Both the position numbers and the translations under genes were made by a program. 64,000 bases of DNA from Chloropicon primus (taxonomy: Eukaryota), in NCBI GenBank assembly GCA_023205875.1, contig CP060755.1, positions 806,001 to 870,000 on the forward strand, given 5' to 3'. The stretch's first letter is position 1; each line of letters begins with the position of its first letter. Positions 59,260 through 64,000 of the stretch are shown piece by piece. The notes under the pieces were generated by a model. It worked only from the letters and a program-made list of their open reading frames with translations, was not told the DNA's origin and made no database searches.

Positions 59260-61869
59260 TCAACGAAGGACGAACAGTTTGGATCTCTGCCCTTGAGGCG
59301 TGCACAGTTCGTTGTCGAGATCCATCTCAGGCGTTTTGGGTTGCTCTATCTCTGGTTCAGGGTCAACCCCGAATGCCGAGCGGAAGGAAGACCAAGTCAC
59401 GGCGCAGTCGGGAAGGTCTGCCCCCTTCCTATCCAGAGCTTTGATGGTCCGGTATATCAACGCCACCAAGCTGCCATCGGCCCCCCTCTTGGACTCGACG
59501 TCGCGGATCGTCGATCCGAGCCGCAGCTTGTTGTTGGCGTTGATTCGTTTCAAACGACCAAGAACTCGCTCAAAGTCTTCGTGATCCTTTGTCGCAGTGG
59601 TGACAGGAGTGCTTCGCGAAGGCCTGTCCCCCGGGTCGTTTGCGGCGGCGTGCTCCTTCGAGAGTTTGCTTCTCAAAAGGGAGTACTTTGCCCGGAATTC
59701 TGTCTTCTCCCTTTTCAGGGCCTCAACTTCCTTCGAAAGAGTGTCCACCCCAACTGCCCTCTTCTTCAAGTCTTGAGCCATGGATACCATTCGCTCGTCC
59801 TTTTTCTCGCTCTCCTCCTTCAAGGAAAGGACGTCCCTCGTCGCTTGTATCAATTCCGATTGCAAGGCAACGACTTGCTCCAGCGAAGACTTGTTCTCCT
59901 TTTCCTGCTCGCTTCTCGAGTCCTGGAATTTCGATTTGAGCTCCTCGTGCTCCTTGTGCACTTTCTCCAAATCCAACGCCAACTTCTTCGACTTTTCGTT
60001 TGACGATTTCAGGGCGCCCTCAAGCTTCCTTACTTTTCCTCTGCTGTCTTGCAGATCGCCCCTGTTCCTGCAGTCCCGTCTATCGGCGGTGCGCTTCTCT
60101 TCCTGAAGAGTCTCCAGCAGTTTCTTGCACTCTTGAAGCTTTGTGGCTGCCTGCCTGACCTTTTTCTTGCTCTGTTCCTTCACTGAATTGAGCTGCGATT
60201 TCAGCTCAAGGTTCTCTTCTGCGATGTCCTTGCACTCCTTCATGGCTTCATCCGACTGCGACTTTAACAGGTCCACCAATTTCTTGGCGTCCCTCAAGCT
60301 TTTCTTTTCCGCGTCCCAGGCCGTCTGCAGCCTGTCGACCTCAGACTCGAGCTTGGCGTTTCTCAGGGCCACCTCGTCGTGCTCGTGCTTCATCCTCTGA
60401 CCACCCATTGCTGCTTCTGACTTTGACCTGCTAGCGAGTGAGGCTCTCAGACTCGAAATCTCGGTTTCCATCTCCATCGCCTTTTCGTTCTGCCTTTCGA
60501 TTTCTAGCCTGGCTTCGTCCATGCAGATCAAAGACTTGCCTTTCTGAACCCGGACTTCCTCTTGCAGCGCCTGAATTCTAGCTGCGAGCGACTTATTCTT
60601 GGCGCAACATTCCGTGTATGCTCGCTCCTGATCCGCAAGCTTGGCGGTGAGCTCTTCCATCTCTTTTGTGAGTTGCGACACTCTGCCACAAGCTTCTTCT
60701 TTGTGGATCGCGTCGAGAGACCTCGCGTCCCTCAATTCGGTCTCTAGGCGGCATACCAGCATCTGTTTTGCCTCTAGGGCCTCGTCCTTCTCTGTCAACC
60801 TCTGGCGAAGAATTTTGTTTGATTCCAAAAACTCTGACGCTCTCGAGGACGCCTGTGCCTTGACGTCTGCTAGTTCTGAGCGGCTTCTGTCTGCTTCTTC
60901 CTGAAACTCTTTGAGCTTCTTCTGCCTGCTGCGAAACTGATCATGCTCTGCAGAAAGCTTGAGGCTGAGCCCAGCATTCTCCTCCCTTTCGCGCTTCAAG
61001 GCTTCCTCCATGAATTGATTCCTGTCTCTGAGTTCCGAACATGCCTGTGCCATCTTGCCAAGGTCTCCCTCATGGTCCTCCAGCTTCAGTCGGACAGAGG
61101 CACTCAAGGCGCCCTGCCTGGCCGCCAAAGTCCTGATCTGCTCGCTTCTCTCTTCCAGTTTGGGGCCCAAGCGCTGCTCGCAGGCTGCGATGGACACCTT
61201 CAAACCCTCTTCCACCTTTGCCGCAACGAAGGACTTCAACGAGCGCGTAAGCGAGGAGACGGTCGACTTGGAGTTCGACTCGATTTCTTTGACCTGGCGA
61301 GAAAGGCTGACAGCGTTCCTCCCTTCCACCTCCTTCATCCTTCTCGCCACCCTGGCCTCCACCTCGCCTTTCAGGTGTTCTTCCTTCTTTAGTCTCATGG
61401 CACCAATCTGTGACCGCAGCTCGCATATCGTTCGGTCTTTCTCGCAGAGTTGATCCCTCAGCCGCCCCTCGCTGGAGACGCTCGCCTCGTCCTTGGAGCT
61501 CGTTCCCGGAAAAGCGAGGACCGTCGACCTCCCGGAGGCCCCTTGAAGCCACTGCTGGCACTTGGCGTCGTTCTGAGCTTTCCTGAGCTCGTGCAGCTCC
61601 CCCTTTGTCCTCTCGAGCTCATCGAGTGCCTCTTTCAGGGCCACGTTCTCCTCCCTCGTCCTCTCCTTCGACGCAACCCGAGGGTTCTCCTTTCCCGCCT
61701 CCGGACTCGCTTGTGCCTTTGGTTTCAGCACTTGGTGTCTCGGCCTGGCAGGCCTGGCGCTTCCTGGCTTCCCCTTACCCAGCAGCGGAGGCTCCGTTCC
61801 GCCCTTCCTCCCCTCGGAGCTCGTCCTCGCAGAGTACGCGGACCGCACACGATCCAGGGACGACTTCAT
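59260..61869 (-). CDS. Long coiled-coil protein of unknown function
   Basis: 869-aa ATG-initiated ORF, rich in E/K/L/R heptads throughout. Confidence 0.8.
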   Translation of the reverse strand: MKSSLDRVRSAYSARTSSEGRKGGTEPPLLGKGKPGSARPARPRHQVLKPKAQASPEAGKENPRVASKERTREENVALKEALDELERTKGELHELRKAQNDAKCQQWLQGASGRSTVLAFPGTSSKDEASVSSEGRLRDQLCEKDRTICELRSQIGAMRLKKEEHLKGEVEARVARRMKEVEGRNAVSLSRQVKEIESNSKSTVSSLTRSLKSFVAAKVEEGLKVSIAACEQRLGPKLEERSEQIRTLAARQGALSASVRLKLEDHEGDLGKMAQACSELRDRNQFMEEALKREREENAGLSLKLSAEHDQFRSRQKKLKEFQEEADRSRSELADVKAQASSRASEFLESNKILRQRLTEKDEALEAKQMLVCRLETELRDARSLDAIHKEEACGRVSQLTKEMEELTAKLADQERAYTECCAKNKSLAARIQALQEEVRVQKGKSLICMDEARLEIERQNEKAMEMETEISSLRASLASRSKSEAAMGGQRMKHEHDEVALRNAKLESEVDRLQTAWDAEKKSLRDAKKLVDLLKSQSDEAMKECKDIAEENLELKSQLNSVKEQSKKKVRQAATKLQECKKLLETLQEEKRTADRRDCRNRGDLQDSRGKVRKLEGALKSSNEKSKKLALDLEKVHKEHEELKSKFQDSRSEQEKENKSSLEQVVALQSELIQATRDVLSLKEESEKKDERMVSMAQDLKKRAVGVDTLSKEVEALKREKTEFRAKYSLLRSKLSKEHAAANDPGDRPSRSTPVTTATKDHEDFERVLGRLKRINANNKLRLGSTIRDVESKRGADGSLVALIYRTIKALDRKGADLPDCAVTWSSFRSAFGVDPEPEIEQPKTPEMDLDNELCTPQGQRSKLFVLR

Positions 61870-62190
61870 CGCAGTCGTCCACTTCCACTTCCAGTTTCAG
61901 TTCCCCTCCACTGCCTTTGCCGTCTGTCACTTGGCTCCGTTCAAAACGAGGAAAAGGACATCTTGGATAATTACGACGAGGAGAGGGGAGAGGAGAGGGG
62001 ATCGTTGGCATGGATGGGGATAGAGGCGAGGAGAGAAGAATTCTTCTTGCTGATTGGGGTCGCTGCTCGAGGAGAAGGACTAAGCCCTTGAGATCACGAC
62101 AGCGCCTTTGGCATTGCAACACAATTTACGATTTTAGTTATATACAGAGATGATGTACAAAGTCGGAGGAACAAAACTGCCCGGCCGGCA

Positions 62191-63558
62191 CTAGGATGAG
62201 ACCAGTTCGAGCTTGGAGATGACCCTTCCTGAGAACAAGTGGTGCGGCATTTCATTCCCGATCAGTCCACCCATCTCCTTCTCGAACTTGAGCTTTTGAA
62301 GCTTGAGTGCGCTCTTGTTCTTCTTCGTCAGCGGAATGTTTTCAAGCATCGGTGAGTGCTCCTTCATTTCGCTGTAGCGTTTCAGCAGAGCATCGTGCTT
62401 TGCTCTCAAGGTGTTCTTGCTAGCCTTCTCCTCCTCGAAGTCCTTGCGCAGGTTCTTCAGCTCCTCCCTAAGGTTCGCGTTCTCCATCTCCATCTCCGTC
62501 AGCCGGAGCTTGTTCCTGTTGTAGTTGTCCATGAGGCAGCCGTAGTTCGTCGTCAACGTCTTCTCGTTTGCCGTCAGCATCTCAAAGTTGTGCCTAAGCT
62601 TCTCGAACTCGTCCGTGGTGCTCTCCAGCATGTCGGTGGTGTTTCTCAGGTTCCCGAGCAAGTCGGCCTTCTCTTCCTTGAGGACGTGAATCTCAAGCGT
62701 CTTCTCGCTCAGCTCATCCGTCTTGAGCTCGATCTCCTTATCGGCCGAGCGCACGGCCTCCTCCCACCTCCCCGCGTTGTTCTTCTGGCTCTCCACCTCC
62801 CTTTTCAGCTCGGACATCTTCTTCACGAGCTTGCTCTTCCTGGACTTGTACAGGCCGTTCTCGTACAAAAGTTCGATGTTCTTCTGCTCCAAAGGCTTGA
62901 GCTTCTCCAACGCCGAGACGGCGTCCCTCTCCAGCATGACCCTGGACATCTTGTCCGTCATCCGCAGCCTCTTCATGTCGTTGTCCTTCTTTCTCATCTT
63001 TTGGATCAGGGCGAGGTTCTTGCTCACGATGTTCCAACCCGTCTGACTCTTCTTGAACTCGGCCTGCATCTTGTCCTTGAGGCCCGCGAGCTCGCCACGG
63101 ACTTCGGATATGGTCTGGTCCCTCGCCTTGAGCTGCTTTGTCAAGTTGGCGTTCTTCTCCTTGGCGCCGTTCAGCTTGCGCTGGAGTTGCGTGCTCAAGT
63201 CCTTCACGCGCTCGCTCTCCCGGTTCTTCTCCACCTCCACCCCCTTCCTCCTCTCCTCTTCCCTGTACACCGCACGGAGAAGCTCCCTGTTCCGCGTCCT
63301 CAGTTCGAACAGGAGGGCGCTGTCCGTGCCCATGTCCTCCCCGTCCCCCGTGTACTCCACCGCTGTGTCTTGGCCCATCATCTTGGAGTCCATGTACAAG
63401 TTGGACGCCGACTTCTCGTAGTCCACCCCCCTTCCCGGACCCGAGTCTTCGAACACCGCCCTTCCTCCCTTCTTGTCCGCCCTTGGGCTCTGCAGGTGGT
63501 CCTGGCTGTCCCCTTCCGGTGGCCACACCGCCACCGGGATGTAATTGATGTCCCCCAT
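62191..63558 (-). CDS. Coiled-coil protein of unknown function
   Basis: ~455-aa ORF from 'MGDINYIPVAVWPP', heptad-rich with high GC3. Confidence 0.78.
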   Translation of the reverse strand: MGDINYIPVAVWPPEGDSQDHLQSPRADKKGGRAVFEDSGPGRGVDYEKSASNLYMDSKMMGQDTAVEYTGDGEDMGTDSALLFELRTRNRELLRAVYREEERRKGVEVEKNRESERVKDLSTQLQRKLNGAKEKNANLTKQLKARDQTISEVRGELAGLKDKMQAEFKKSQTGWNIVSKNLALIQKMRKKDNDMKRLRMTDKMSRVMLERDAVSALEKLKPLEQKNIELLYENGLYKSRKSKLVKKMSELKREVESQKNNAGRWEEAVRSADKEIELKTDELSEKTLEIHVLKEEKADLLGNLRNTTDMLESTTDEFEKLRHNFEMLTANEKTLTTNYGCLMDNYNRNKLRLTEMEMENANLREELKNLRKDFEEEKASKNTLRAKHDALLKRYSEMKEHSPMLENIPLTKKNKSALKLQKLKFEKEMGGLIGNEMPHHLFSGRVISKLELVSS

Positions 63559-64000
63559 CGTACCTTTCCTCTCTGCCTCCCTCTCTCTCTCCGGAGACAA
63601 CAACAACGACGACGACGACGATGACGAAAGGAGCCTGCAGCCTCCAGCTTCTTCAGCTTGACCCCTCTGCTTTGCTCACAACGGCTTTTCGTGAATGAAC
63701 CCAGTTTTCCTTGGCAAGGGAAGCAGACCCCTGGGGGGAGAGACGGGAGACGAGAGACGAACAAGGCAGAGGGAGCAAGACGCTCGCTTGGGGTTCATTC
63801 CCTTATTCAACAACAACAGAACACCTCCTCCCCATCACGAAGAAGAGAAGAAGAGAAGAAGAGAAGAAGAGAAGGACATCAAGGAGAAGAGAAGAAGGAG
63901 AAGAGAAGGAAGAAGAAGGAAGAATCTTGGAGAAGTAGAAGTTCTTCTCTTCACTCGCAGGAAAGGAAAAGGAAACCCTCTTCCTCTTCCTCTTCCTCCC

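Overview
Gene-dense, GC-rich eukaryotic nuclear DNA with few, short GT-AG introns, (GA)n/(CA)n microsatellites, TGTAA poly(A) signals and many organelle transit peptides. It is most consistent with a chlorophyte picoalga; Chloropicon-like is my inference and is unverified. About 32 protein-coding genes can be supported. Housekeeping and organellar genes include mitochondrial-type IF-2 (runs off the left edge), plastid GPAT, an S1-domain protein, a TPR protein, a sterol-desaturase-family enzyme, GGT, lycopene beta-cyclase, Ppx/GppA, ODA-DC2, EcfT/CbiQ, an FCP1/CPL phosphatase, a WD40 protein, an ATC-hydrolase-like protein, PheRS beta, nucleolin, NDUFA8, PLAA/Doa1, DUF3172, MAEA, SERF, RidA, RNASEK-like, MCM7, SAM50, a PRMT and SEC5. 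Several orphan coiled-coil, secreted or small proteins are also present. The most notable observations are: (1) a ~1000-aa protein that appears homologous to the class IB PI3K adaptor p101/p84, unexpected in a green alga; (2) a 1530-aa disordered protein with 14 tandem 35-aa repeats, each pairing a CDK consensus site with an LC8-type xQT motif; (3) a recurring, strand-oriented upstream motif CTTTCGA(A/T)(A/C)G(A/T)GCCGTC(GCTCGA); (4) three ~165-bp tandem duplications in divergent promoters; (5) a PRMT with an E-to-D change in the double-E loop. No CRISPR, rRNA, tRNA or recognisable transposon was found. All family assignments come from motif recognition by eye, not database searches.
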